From an uncultured Faecalibacterium sp. (GTDB taxonomy: Bacteria; Bacillota; Clostridia; Oscillospirales; Ruminococcaceae), in the NCBI GenBank assembly GCA_946411155.1, contig CAMKDB010000001.1, forward strand, positions 32,363 through 96,362: 64,000 nucleotides of DNA, given 5' to 3'. A program made the translations under genes and the position numbers. Below, in pieces: positions 19,118-31,724 of this stretch (the first letter of the stretch is position 1; each line of letters opens with the position of its first letter). The notes beneath the pieces were generated by a model, which ran no database searches, was not told the origin of the DNA, and was given only the letters and a program-made list of their open reading frames with translations.

Positions 19118-20422
19118 TCACCATTCATTCAGCAGCAGGGAACCGTCTTTCCCGCTCTGCCATATTTCATAAAGATGCTCCTGCCCGTCCGGATCGGTAA
19201 AGGCGATTCCGAATGTTGGCATATCCTGAAGATAAGGGAGCGTCAGCAGAAGGGGACGGTCCGGTTCCAGTTCATCCAGCGTATAGACAGGATCCGCAAT
19301 CCATTGCGGGATGTTGTCTTCGGAAAAACCATCCATGAACAGTGAACAGATCTTGACGTCCGAGAGCGTCTGATCCGGCCAGATCAGAACCTCGATATGA
19401 TCGTCATTGTCGGTAACACTTGCCTCGATCCAGTCTTCATAACCGTCCAGATGATCTTCCGCCCATCCGATGTGGATCGGATTGTGATCGATGACCGGTG
19501 TTCCCATCTGGTAGAGCCCGTATCCGGCATATTCCAGTTCTTCCAGATCCGTTACTGCGCCGTCTTCGTCTGTTTCGACACGGACGAGACCCGGCATCAG
19601 GACTTCACCGTCCTGACCGTTATCCGGAACAGATGAGTACCAAACGCCTCTGAGAGAATGTCCGTTGCTTGCCGGTCTGACGGAAACGACCCAAACAGGG
19701 AATCCCCAGTCTTCTTCAAATTCGTTTCCATCCATTTCCTGCAGGAAATAACCCAGTTTTCCGCTGAGCCATCGGTAAGCATAGAAAATAGCGTTCTTTT
19801 TCTTCTGCACTTCCTCTTTTTTGCCTGCTGCGGGCGTGCGGATCAATGTCCATCCACGGTCGGAAGACATCAGATTGAACCCGAAGCCCTCATCTCCCAG
19901 AATGCTGATACCGTTTCCCACTTCCCTGAGCATCAGCAGATCCGATTCTCCCGCATTACAGACAAAGAACTGGTAGGAAATCGGCTCTTCCAAAGGATAT
20001 CCGGATGCCGCTTCTACGATCACGGGAGAGATTTCATCCAGTGTGAATATCATCTCATCCATGTGATCACCTTCTCCGTACAGAGAGCCGAACGAAACCT
20101 CCATGGTGATCGTTTCTCCGTCATCCCGAACCAGTTCCGCATTTCCGCTTTTTCCGTCGATAACAAGTTCCGTTGATTTTTCCTGCTCTCCCGGGATTCT
20201 GCCCATCGGGCACAGCCTCCAGGATCCGTCCAGAAGTGCCAGCGCATCCTCTTCTGTTTTCAGAAGATCTTTATACAGATCCGGTTCCGTTCCGGATATG
20301 ACAACCGGTTCCGGTTCTGCAGGGGTCTGGGCCGGATCCGCGACCAGTTCCGGCGTTTCTCCACAGGATGTCAGGCAGAAAAGAATTCCTGCCAGCAGGA
20401 TCCACACAGCAGCTTTTTTCAT
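19118..20422 (-). CDS. lipoprotein of unknown function (434 aa)
   Basis: Lipobox LFCLTSCGE. ATGA overlap with the GtrB-like stop. No family recognised. Confidence 0.7.
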   Translation of the reverse strand: MKKAAVWILLAGILFCLTSCGETPELVADPAQTPAEPEPVVISGTEPDLYKDLLKTEEDALALLDGSWRLCPMGRIPGEQEKSTELVIDGKSGNAELVRDDGETITMEVSFGSLYGEGDHMDEMIFTLDEISPVIVEAASGYPLEEPISYQFFVCNAGESDLLMLREVGNGISILGDEGFGFNLMSSDRGWTLIRTPAAGKKEEVQKKKNAIFYAYRWLSGKLGYFLQEMDGNEFEEDWGFPVWVVSVRPASNGHSLRGVWYSSVPDNGQDGEVLMPGLVRVETDEDGAVTDLEELEYAGYGLYQMGTPVIDHNPIHIGWAEDHLDGYEDWIEASVTDNDDHIEVLIWPDQTLSDVKICSLFMDGFSEDNIPQWIADPVYTLDELEPDRPLLLTLPYLQDMPTFGIAFTDPDGQEHLYEIWQSGKDGSLLLNEW

Positions 20423-21375
20423 CTGTTATCTTCCTTTTTCAGGTTCGTTTCCTTAACGATATAAATCGGCCGGTTTTTGGTCTCAGAATATATCTTCGCA
20501 ATATACTGTCCCATTACGCCGGTGCAGAACAGCTGAATGCCACCGATGAAGATGATGACACAGATCGTGGATGCCCAGCCGGCCACTGGATCACCAAACA
20601 GCAATTTCCGGACAACGATGAAGATCAGCATAACGAAAGCGAGACCCGTCATCAGAAACCCAAACCATGATGCGAGGCTCAGCGGCGCGTGGGAGAAATT
20701 GATGATACCTTCCAGAGCGTACCGGAACAATTTCCAGAAACTCCATTTGCTTTTTCCGGCTGCACGTTCCACGTTCTCATAGGGAAGCCAGCAGGTGTTG
20801 AATCCCACCCAGCCGAAGATCCCCTTGGAAAAACGGTTGTATTCCGTCATTCGGACAATCGCGTCCACCATGTTCCGCTTCATCATGCGGAAGTCTCTGG
20901 CTCCATCCTTGATATCCGCGTCCGAGATACGGTTCATGATCTGGTAGAATATTCTGGCAAACCAGCTTCTCAACGCGGGTTCTCCTTTGCGATCCGAGCG
21001 GTAGGCAGCGACGCAGTCATAGGTTCCTTCGTCCAGGATCCGCACCATCTCCGCCAGCAGTTCGGGCGGATCCTGAAGATCCGCGTCCATCACCGCAACG
21101 TAGTCACCGTGCGCCTCGCTGAGACCGGCATACATTGCCGCCTCCTTGCCAAAATTCCGGGAGAAGGACAGATATTTCACATGCCCATCCTTCTCTGCAA
21201 CTTTCTGCAGATAGGAGAGTGTCCCGTCCGTGGAACCGTCGTCCACGAACAGATATTCATAAGGCTTTCCGATTCCGGAAAGGATCGCCGTTGTTTTTTC
21301 CAGAAACAGCGGGAGCACTTCCTGCTCGTTGAAGCAGGGTACGATGACTGTGATCCTTTTTTCCGTATTCTCCAT
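20419..21375 (-). CDS. polyprenyl-phosphate glycosyltransferase (GtrB/CsbB/ArnC-like GT2)
   Basis: ITVIVPCFNEQEVL, FVDDGSTDGT and VMDADLQDPPEL, plus two C-terminal TM helices. The start was taken at MENTEKR (21375). Confidence 0.85.
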   Translation of the reverse strand: MENTEKRITVIVPCFNEQEVLPLFLEKTTAILSGIGKPYEYLFVDDGSTDGTLSYLQKVAEKDGHVKYLSFSRNFGKEAAMYAGLSEAHGDYVAVMDADLQDPPELLAEMVRILDEGTYDCVAAYRSDRKGEPALRSWFARIFYQIMNRISDADIKDGARDFRMMKRNMVDAIVRMTEYNRFSKGIFGWVGFNTCWLPYENVERAAGKSKWSFWKLFRYALEGIINFSHAPLSLASWFGFLMTGLAFVMLIFIVVRKLLFGDPVAGWASTICVIIFIGGIQLFCTGVMGQYIAKIYSETKNRPIYIVKETNLKKEDNR

Positions 21376-21418
21376 GACTGGATTTTCCTTCCGTTCTCTG
21401 TATGGTGGTCTCATTCTA

Positions 21419-23572
21419 TCATTTTTCTGTCCGTGAGGGAAACTGTCCCTTTTTTCTGAATACACCCGTCAGAAGAATAGTCAGCAGGATCCCGAAAACG
21501 GACGCTACTGTTCCTGGAATGCTCCACGGAGTCCTGTAGGTCAGTACGACTTTATGGCTTCCTGCGGACACCGGCACGCCGATGAATGCATCCAGCAGGG
21601 TCAGTACCGGAACTGTTTTTCCGTCCACAGCTGCATACCATCCATTCTGCATGGGAACCGAAACGAAAACAAGCGATTCACTGTCCGATTCCGCCAGCCC
21701 TTCGATTTGTCCGCTTTCCAGCTTTTCCACACGGAAAATACCGTCCCATCCCCGTAGATCATCCAGTACGCTCCCAATCCTTTCCCTGTTCTCCGCTGCA
21801 ATCCCGGACAGTGCAAGATCCGTCCATCCAACAGGAACAAGAAAAGCGACAGGCTGTGGATCCGCGCATTCCGTCCGCTTCAGTTTCGTGATCCTCGGAC
21901 TTTCTCCGTTTCCTTCTTTTTCGGGGATGATCACACAGCGGATTCCCAGCAGACGGTCCGTTTCCGGAGACCCTGGAACGTACCAGTATTGCTTTGCTGC
22001 AGAACCGTATCCCAGTTTTTTCACTGCAGAAGCGACACCGGCGTCATAAGCTGAAGAAAAGAGGGACGGGGAAAGAAAACCGATCTCCATACCGGCGTTC
22101 AGCCGTTCTGGATCTTCGTAAGCGATCCTAAAGTCTGACTCTTCAGAAACGAGGGTTCTCATCTCCGTCCGGAAAAAGAGAAACTGTTCCTTAGAAGGAA
22201 ATTCATTCTGAAGATCCACGCCGTGCAGCACCAGCACACCGTTGAGCAACATCTCTGACAGAACAGTCATCAACAGGAGAAGAGAGCAGACCTTTTCCCG
22301 GTTTCCGTCCTTCCGCAATCCCATCAGTATCAGCGGATACGCTGCGAGCAGTATGATTTCATAGACGGCCGGAAGCGCGTCCATGTTGTTTCTCAGCGAT
22401 CTGAAGCAGAGTGTCAGCAGGGCGGGAAAAACCAGAAGCACCGGGAACATCCATCCGGGTATGCCTTCCATTTCCGATGCATTTTTATGCGCAAGCCAGA
22501 TAAGCAGAAATACGATACAGAACGCGTAGCGGTAAGCAAATGCATTCGGGTACGCGAATCCGTGCCAGATCCGGTCCAGTACCGGCAGGTAAGTGGAAAT
22601 CATCAAAAATGCAAGAAAGCCCCCGGACAAAATCCGTCTCTTCATGGAGATCCGCGCGTTCAGGAAATACAGAAAGACCAGCAATAGAACAGCCGTACCG
22701 CAGAAGATCGTGGGGGCTGCCGCATTTCCGATACTGTCGAAATATCCGACGAATAGTTTCAGGATCAGCTGCTTGGGTGTATAGTTCACCCTTCCATACC
22801 CGTCATAGGCATCCCCGAGTGAATGCATCATCTGGTAGAACGTCGGCAATAGCAGAAACCCCGCATTCAGAAACGCCAGAACAGCGCTCAACGCAAGTTT
22901 TCCAAGATTCAGAACCGTATGTTTCAGCGATTCACCCTCTTCAAGGCACCGATACAACAGAAAAAGTGCGGTAAACAGGCCGGTCATATACGAAATGTAA
23001 TAATTTGATATAAATAATACGGTAAGGATAACTACGGTTTTCCCGACATTTTCTCCGCTCCTGAGGCTCTCCAGAGAGGAGATCAGCAGAGGTAGCCACA
23101 CAAGTGCATCCAACCAGAACTGATTGATAAAGAAGAAAAAAACATAGGACATCAGTGCATAACAGATTGACAGCGGAAGCACGGACCAGTTCTTCTTCTG
23201 TCGACTGAGACATACAGACATCGTCACGGCAGACAGTGCCGTCTTCAGCATTATGATCCAGAACAGTGCGTCAGGCAGACTGTCGGAAGGGAACAGCCAG
23301 ATCAGCAGAGAAAATGGGCTGGAAAGATAGTACGCGAACAGAGCGACCGTCGGCGTTCCCAGACCGATTTCCATCGTGTAGGGTGTGAACCTGCCTTCGC
23401 GAAGAGCGGAATAAAAGGCGATATACTGCTTCTTCATATCGGAGATCAGGATTGTTTTCAACCCGAAAGGACCCACATCGTTCAGGGAAAAAGCGAGCAC
23501 AAAAACGAATGCAGTCAGCAGAAAAGCCGCTGCTGCCGTCCGAATCATTGCTTTATTTTCCTTCCGTCCCAT
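21419..23572 (-). CDS. yfhO: YfhO-family polytopic membrane protein (GT-C type extracytoplasmic glycosyltransferase family)
   Basis: The N-terminal ILISDMKKQYIAFY pattern, many TM helices and a large C-terminal soluble domain. An alternative start is the ATG at 23548. Confidence 0.8.
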   Translation of the reverse strand: MGRKENKAMIRTAAAAFLLTAFVFVLAFSLNDVGPFGLKTILISDMKKQYIAFYSALREGRFTPYTMEIGLGTPTVALFAYYLSSPFSLLIWLFPSDSLPDALFWIIMLKTALSAVTMSVCLSRQKKNWSVLPLSICYALMSYVFFFFINQFWLDALVWLPLLISSLESLRSGENVGKTVVILTVLFISNYYISYMTGLFTALFLLYRCLEEGESLKHTVLNLGKLALSAVLAFLNAGFLLLPTFYQMMHSLGDAYDGYGRVNYTPKQLILKLFVGYFDSIGNAAAPTIFCGTAVLLLVFLYFLNARISMKRRILSGGFLAFLMISTYLPVLDRIWHGFAYPNAFAYRYAFCIVFLLIWLAHKNASEMEGIPGWMFPVLLVFPALLTLCFRSLRNNMDALPAVYEIILLAAYPLILMGLRKDGNREKVCSLLLLMTVLSEMLLNGVLVLHGVDLQNEFPSKEQFLFFRTEMRTLVSEESDFRIAYEDPERLNAGMEIGFLSPSLFSSAYDAGVASAVKKLGYGSAAKQYWYVPGSPETDRLLGIRCVIIPEKEGNGESPRITKLKRTECADPQPVAFLVPVGWTDLALSGIAAENRERIGSVLDDLRGWDGIFRVEKLESGQIEGLAESDSESLVFVSVPMQNGWYAAVDGKTVPVLTLLDAFIGVPVSAGSHKVVLTYRTPWSIPGTVASVFGILLTILLTGVFRKKGQFPSRTEK

Positions 23573-23593
23573 GGAACCTCCAGTCCCGTTTTA

Positions 23594-23622
23594 TTGTTAT
23601 TTTATACCTGCTTTGTTATACT
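23594..23622 (+). promoter_or_regulatory. TTGTTA-N17-TATACT promoter ending 6 nt before the ATG at 23629 (candidate leaderless transcript)
   Basis: Read directly from the sequence. There is no Shine-Dalgarno between the -10 element and the ATG. Confidence 0.35.
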
Positions 23623-23628
23623 TTCGGT

Positions 23629-25602
23629 ATGGTCAGACAAGGTCAGAAAAAGAAGATTCTTTTATTCCTGTGCGGTGCCGTTCTCGGCGCTGTCACATTT
23701 TTTGTTCTGTTTCCGCTGTCCTCCCTGGATCCGACAAATCTCTCCTATGTCCGAGGCGGCTATGTGGAACGGGATATCATCCAGCATTATGCCGGCTGGA
23801 ATTTCTACAGGAACGAACCCCTCTCATTCCCGCTCGGAATATCCCGGAATATGAGTTATCCGGAAGGCGCTTCGGTCGTCTATTCCGATTCGATTCCGCT
23901 CTTCGCCGTTCTGTTCCGCTTGGCGGAACCTCTGCTTCCTGTGCAGTTCCAGTATTTCGGTCTGTTTGTATTCTGCAGTTATCTGCTTCAGGGCGGCTTT
24001 TCTGCTCTGCTTCTTTCCCTGTTTCTGGACAATCCTTTTTCTGTTCTGACCGGTACGATTCCGTTTCTTTTCAGTCCGATCCTTGCGGAACGCGCATTCA
24101 GACATACATCCCTGACAGCACACTGGCTGATCCTTGCCGCGCTGTACGCCTATTTCTCTGCAAAACGGGAAAAAAGACGCCATCCGGGACTATGGATCCT
24201 GCTGGCGGTGATTACCCCATTGATCCATACCTACTTTCTTCCAATGGTCTACGCCATCCGACTCGCGGACCTGATCGACAATGAAAACCGAAAGACGCGT
24301 CTGCGTTCAGCCGCCGGCCTCCTTCTCTGCCTGATGCTCTCCGTCTTCTCACTGTTCAGTGTCGGCGCATTCTCAACCGGTTCTTCCGGCAGTTCCTTCG
24401 GGTATGGTTATTTCTCGATGAACGTAAATGCCATCTTCAATCCGGTAAGCGCTTCCGGCATCCGATGGTCCCGCATCCTGCCGCCGCTTCCTCAGGGATT
24501 CGGCACCTATGAGGGCTTTAATTATCTCGGTTTCGGGATGCTGATCGGTTTTTTCTCCATCAGTATACATCTTCTGTTCCGCTTCAAAAAGGAGAAACCC
24601 CTTCGGTATGCGGCTTCCCATCCCGGACTCCTCTTTGTCTGCGCGGCGTTGACCGCCTTCGCGGTCTCGACAACCGTCATCGCGAACAATTCCGCTTTTA
24701 TCCGGATCCCACTGCCTCAGAAACTGTATGAACTCTGTTCCACTTTCCGCAGCAGCGGGCGCATGTTCTGGCCGGTCTACTATCTTGTATTTCTCTTTAC
24801 CGTCGTATATCTGGAACACCGTTTCTCCGCAAAAAGCCTTGGAAACGCAGTCCTGTTGCTGATCACCTGTGTACAGCTGTTCGATCTTTCTCCGGCGATT
24901 GCGGAAAAACACGGCAGTTTTTCCCATAATATGCCGCAATTCGAAATTCTTACCGATTCTCCTTTTTTCAGGGAAAATGCGGATTCCTATTCTCATATCT
25001 CCGATCCGGGAACCAGCCCGTTCCGCGGTCTATATATCGCGCTGTGGGCGTCCGAAAACGGCATGACGACGGATTTTCCGTTCCTGGCGCGTTACGACGC
25101 TGAACGCCATCTGGCGGAGGCAGAGAAAACGAAGGAATTCCTTCTGAACGGGCAAATCGATCCTGATACGATCTACCTGTTCTCTCTCGAGGATGAATCC
25201 GTTTTTCACGATATTGCCTATTTCATCAACGGAGAAGGCGTTCGTTGCGGGCAGGTCGCAGGTGACTTTTTCTTTATCGCACCGGAGAACGGACGTCTGA
25301 TCATACCGGAAACAGACGAGTCCCTGATCCTTTACGAAGACATCCCGCTCATCGTTGCGGACTATTCGGACGACATCTGGGATCATGGCGTCCTGATGTC
25401 TCAGCCTGGCACGATCACATTCCTTAACAACGCGTTTACACACAGTTTCTTCGACGGGGCAACGGAACTCTATTGCGACGGTGAAACGTACCGGATCCTA
25501 CGTGTATGGGAGGATCCCGGATACGTCATGGTCGATGTCGAAGTTCCGGACGGACATATCCTCACAGGGAAAGAGCTGACGACAGACCGCAGGCCTTCCT
25601 GA
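23629..25602 (+). CDS. large polytopic membrane protein with a C-terminal soluble domain (possibly DUF6311-type, GT-C-like; family assignment uncertain)
   Basis: The N-terminus has a TM helix and then RDIIQHYAGWNFYRNEPLSFPLG, followed by multiple helices. The ATG at 23629 is the first start outside yfhO. Confidence 0.6.
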   Translation: MVRQGQKKKILLFLCGAVLGAVTFFVLFPLSSLDPTNLSYVRGGYVERDIIQHYAGWNFYRNEPLSFPLGISRNMSYPEGASVVYSDSIPLFAVLFRLAEPLLPVQFQYFGLFVFCSYLLQGGFSALLLSLFLDNPFSVLTGTIPFLFSPILAERAFRHTSLTAHWLILAALYAYFSAKREKRRHPGLWILLAVITPLIHTYFLPMVYAIRLADLIDNENRKTRLRSAAGLLLCLMLSVFSLFSVGAFSTGSSGSSFGYGYFSMNVNAIFNPVSASGIRWSRILPPLPQGFGTYEGFNYLGFGMLIGFFSISIHLLFRFKKEKPLRYAASHPGLLFVCAALTAFAVSTTVIANNSAFIRIPLPQKLYELCSTFRSSGRMFWPVYYLVFLFTVVYLEHRFSAKSLGNAVLLLITCVQLFDLSPAIAEKHGSFSHNMPQFEILTDSPFFRENADSYSHISDPGTSPFRGLYIALWASENGMTTDFPFLARYDAERHLAEAEKTKEFLLNGQIDPDTIYLFSLEDESVFHDIAYFINGEGVRCGQVAGDFFFIAPENGRLIIPETDESLILYEDIPLIVADYSDDIWDHGVLMSQPGTITFLNNAFTHSFFDGATELYCDGETYRILRVWEDPGYVMVDVEVPDGHILTGKELTTDRRPS

Positions 25603-25620
25603 ATGATGTTGACAAAAATA

Positions 25621-25670
25621 AACTGTGGAGTCTCTGACATGACGTCAGGTACTCCACAGTTCTTTTTTTT
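25621..25670. terminator. bidirectional terminator between convergent genes
   Basis: AACTGTGGAGT ... ACTCCACAGTT 11-bp stem with an inner hairpin, then TCTTTTTTTT. The 5' flank is A-rich. Confidence 0.8.
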
Positions 25671-25676
25671 ATCGGA

Positions 25677-28238
25677 TTATTCTTCTTCGTCCTTCAGGGA
25701 CAGGCTGAGCATCTCCTCGATTTCATCTTCCGTTGGCAATGTCTCTTCGGCTTCCAGATGCGGTCTCTTCTCCTTAACCGGTTCTTCCGGCAGTTCAACA
25801 TCATCCCGAAGGGTGCAGGCAACGGTCACTACACGGTCGCCTTCATCCATACGCATGACACGCACACCGCCGCCATAGCGGCTCTGTGTAGCAACAGAAC
25901 TGACATGGATGCGGATAACGGTCCCATTTTCACTGATCATGATCGCATCATCCATCTCCTCGTTGACGGAACGGACACCGGCAACGGCATCGCCTTTCGA
26001 GCAATCGTAGTTGCGAGAACCCTGTCCGCCGCGTTTCTGGCAGTTGTAGTATTCGTTTTCTGTCATCCTGCCCTTTCCGTTCTGCGTGATCGTCAGGATC
26101 TTCTGATTCTCACGGATGACCGCCATGCCGATGACTTCATCTCCCTCTTTCAGCTGGATCGCTCGGACGCCCCTGGTGGTTCTGCCCATAGGACGGCAAT
26201 CGGTCTCAGAAAACCGGATCGCCATACCGAATCTGGAAGCGACCAGCAATTCATCGTTTCCGGAAGTGATCCTTGCCCAGGCAAGTTCATCGCCTTCATC
26301 CAGTTCGATGCCGATGATGCCTGTCTTACGGATATTTTTGAACAGAATCAGCTGGCTGCGCTTGATCACGCCCCTCTTTGTGACCATGACCAGATACTTG
26401 GATTCATCATTGAAGTCGTCAATTTTCAGAATCGAGCTGATCTTTTCTTCGGGAAGCAGCGGCAGCACGTTGACGATGTTCGTACCGCGGCTCTGGCGTG
26501 AACCTTCAGGGATAGCATAACTCTTTACGGTATACACTCTTCCGAACGAGGTCATGAACAACAGGTGATCGTGGCTGTTGCAGGAGAACAGGTCTTCCAC
26601 AAAGTCTTCATCTTTCCTGGCAATTCCCGTTACGCCGCGGCCACCGCGTCCCTGCGTCCGGTATTCGGAGACAGACTGTCTCTTGATATATCCGAAATGT
26701 GTGCGGGCAATGACGCATTCCTCCTCGGGAATCAAGTCCTCGATATCCACATCACCGGAGACCGCCTCGATACTGGTTCTGCGCTCATCACCGTATTTTT
26801 TGATGATCTCTTCCAGCTCTTCCTTGATGATGGAAGTCAGGTGCGCCTCATTGGTCAGGATGTCCTCATAATCCGCGATATTCTCGTTCAGTTCGCCGAG
26901 TTCTGCCTCAATCTTCTTAATCTCCAGACCGGCCAACTGTCCCAGACGGAAAGCGACGATGGCGCTTGCCTGCGGATCATCGAAACCGAATTTTTCCATG
27001 ATTGCCGCTTTGGCTTCCGCCTGACCGCCGTTTGTATGGCGGATCGTGTAGATGATTTCGTCGACGATGTCGATCGCTCTGGTCAATCCTTCCAGAATAT
27101 GAGCGCGGTCACGCGCTTTCCTGAGGTTGAATTCCGTTCTCCTGCGTACGACTTCTTCCCGGAATTCAATGAATTTGGAAAGAACGGTCTTAAGGTTCAT
27201 GACCTTAGGCACGCCATGATCCAGCGCAAGCATGATCACGCCGACCGTATCCTGCAGCTGTGTCAGTTTATACAGCTGATTCAGAACAATCTGCGCATTC
27301 GCATCGCGTTTCAGTTCAATCACGATGCGAAGACCTTTTTTGTCGCTCTCGTCGCGAAGATCAGAGATTCCTTCGATGCGCTTGTCTCTGACAAGATCCG
27401 CGATGTGTTTGATCATCTCCGCCTTATTGACCATATACGGGATTTCGGAGACGACGATGCGGTTTCTGCCGCTGTGCATCTCTTCGATCTCGGCACGTCC
27501 ACGGAGTGTGATCTTTCCTCTTCCCGTGGCATAAGCGGCTCGGATCCCGCTTCTGCCCATGATGATGCCGCCGGTGGGGAAGTCCGGACCCTGGACGTAA
27601 TTCATCAAATCAAGGACATCACAGTCCGGATTATCGATCAGATAATCGATGGCAGAGACCACTTCCTTCAGGTTGTGAGGAGGAATATTGGTCGCCATAC
27701 CGACAGCGATACCGGAGGATCCGTTGATCAACAAGTTAGGAATCCTTGTGGGAAGAACTTCCGGCTCCTTTGTCGTATCATCAAAGTTCGGTATGAAATC
27801 GACAGTCTCCTTGTCGATATCTTCCAGCATCGTTCCAGCGATTCTTGCCATCCGCGCTTCCGTATAACGGTAAGCGGCGGGCGGATCTCCGTCTACTGAA
27901 CCGAAGTTTCCCTGTCCTTCCACGAGCGGATACCTCATGGAGAAAGATTGTGCCAGTCGCACCAGTGCACCGTAGACGGAAGAGTCTCCGTGCGGGTGGT
28001 ATGCACCGAGCACCGCGCCGACGATTGTCGCGCTCTTTCGGGTCGGTTTGTCATGGGTCAGTCCTGTCTCATCCATGGAATAAAGGATACGGCGGTGGAC
28101 CGGTTTCAGACCGTCCCGGACATCGGGAAGCGCGCGGCTCACGATGACCGACATGGAGTAATCCAGAAAACTCTGTTTGATTTCTTCCTCCACGTTGACG
28201 TCTATGATTTTTTCATTGTCCAGATTGAATTCTTCCAT
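25677..28238 (-). CDS. gyrA: DNA gyrase subunit A
   Basis: [11 protein letters not shown] and the active-site region [14 protein letters not shown]. 853 aa with a C-terminal beta-pinwheel repeat region. Confidence 0.97.
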   Translation of the reverse strand: MEEFNLDNEKIIDVNVEEEIKQSFLDYSMSVIVSRALPDVRDGLKPVHRRILYSMDETGLTHDKPTRKSATIVGAVLGAYHPHGDSSVYGALVRLAQSFSMRYPLVEGQGNFGSVDGDPPAAYRYTEARMARIAGTMLEDIDKETVDFIPNFDDTTKEPEVLPTRIPNLLINGSSGIAVGMATNIPPHNLKEVVSAIDYLIDNPDCDVLDLMNYVQGPDFPTGGIIMGRSGIRAAYATGRGKITLRGRAEIEEMHSGRNRIVVSEIPYMVNKAEMIKHIADLVRDKRIEGISDLRDESDKKGLRIVIELKRDANAQIVLNQLYKLTQLQDTVGVIMLALDHGVPKVMNLKTVLSKFIEFREEVVRRRTEFNLRKARDRAHILEGLTRAIDIVDEIIYTIRHTNGGQAEAKAAIMEKFGFDDPQASAIVAFRLGQLAGLEIKKIEAELGELNENIADYEDILTNEAHLTSIIKEELEEIIKKYGDERRTSIEAVSGDVDIEDLIPEEECVIARTHFGYIKRQSVSEYRTQGRGGRGVTGIARKDEDFVEDLFSCNSHDHLLFMTSFGRVYTVKSYAIPEGSRQSRGTNIVNVLPLLPEEKISSILKIDDFNDESKYLVMVTKRGVIKRSQLILFKNIRKTGIIGIELDEGDELAWARITSGNDELLVASRFGMAIRFSETDCRPMGRTTRGVRAIQLKEGDEVIGMAVIRENQKILTITQNGKGRMTENEYYNCQKRGGQGSRNYDCSKGDAVAGVRSVNEEMDDAIMISENGTVIRIHVSSVATQSRYGGGVRVMRMDEGDRVVTVACTLRDDVELPEEPVKEKRPHLEAEETLPTEDEIEEMLSLSLKDEEE

Positions 28239-28271
28239 ATATCTCTCTCCAAATGGGAACGATGTTCCCGT

Positions 28272-28777
28272 TCACATCCAATTTACTCTGATCTTCTCGG
28301 CGGCAAGCCCGTTCAGAAAGGCGCGCTCCTCCGCCGTGAGGATCCGGTTCGGCAGACACAGTCTGCCGGCAGGTGCGGTAATCCTGCAGATCCGATTGCC
28401 CTGTTCGATCACCTGAATATCCTGCCATCCGGCCTGAAAAAAGGTTTCGTCCCTGTATCTTCCGGCACCGATGCCTGTTTCAGACCAGAACAGATAATAC
28501 TGTCCTTTTTCCAGTTCTGTTCGTACCGTTTTCTTTCTGTGGTTTACGTATGCCATCATCGCAAGCCACCCTGTTATTGCTACCGCATATCCTCCCAGCG
28601 CCCTGACGGACGGCAGAGGCAGATCCAGAATCATCCGCAGAAAGACGGACAGGATCAGAATAACGAGCATTGCGACGGACATTTTTTCCGGAAGATCTCC
28701 GGTTCCAGTCTCCGCACGGGAGACCGATTCCGCTTCTTCGGAAGAAAACGTGAACGCTCTGACTTGATTTTCCATAC

Positions 28778-28781
<4 letters not shown>
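28272..28781 (-). CDS. membrane protein with a YcxB-like C-terminal domain (169 aa)
   Basis: Two hydrophobic helices followed by WQDIQVIEQGNRICRITAPAGRLCLPNRILTAEERAFLNGL. Its start overlaps the upstream stop (28778-28781). Confidence 0.6.
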
Positions 28782-31442
<2,661 letters not shown>

Positions 31443-31454
31443 CTATCCGTTTCT

Positions 31455-31721
31455 TTAATCCTCTATCTGTCTGCTCTGTTCTGCACGTTTGGTCAGTGTT
31501 GCGGGAGAGACATTCGTGATATAAACTCTTTTTTTCTTTTCTTCAGCCGTTACGATGAAACTTTTAGGCAGATCCTGCGTCACGTCGATGACTTCACCGT
31601 TTTTTTGGGCTTTATTTAAAAAACTGCGGGATCGTTTATCGACCGAGCAGTGATCAAAATCGAAAATACCGATGATCGTGTTGGTCCGGACGGCAACGTC
31701 GTTGCCGAGATGGATGTACAT
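31455..31721 (-). CDS. remB: DUF370 protein (RemB/YaaB-like)
   Basis: MYIHLGNDVAVRTNTIIGIFDFD, and the conserved position between recF and gyrB. Confidence 0.85.
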   Translation of the reverse strand: MYIHLGNDVAVRTNTIIGIFDFDHCSVDKRSRSFLNKAQKNGEVIDVTQDLPKSFIVTAEEKKKRVYITNVSPATLTKRAEQSRQIED

Positions 31722-31724
31722 ATT

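Noticed and set aside
26565-27899. 444-aa plus-strand ORF (and 27948-28955, 335 aa)
   Set aside because: It is antisense to gyrA and to the YcxB-like genes. The gyrA identification is unambiguous.
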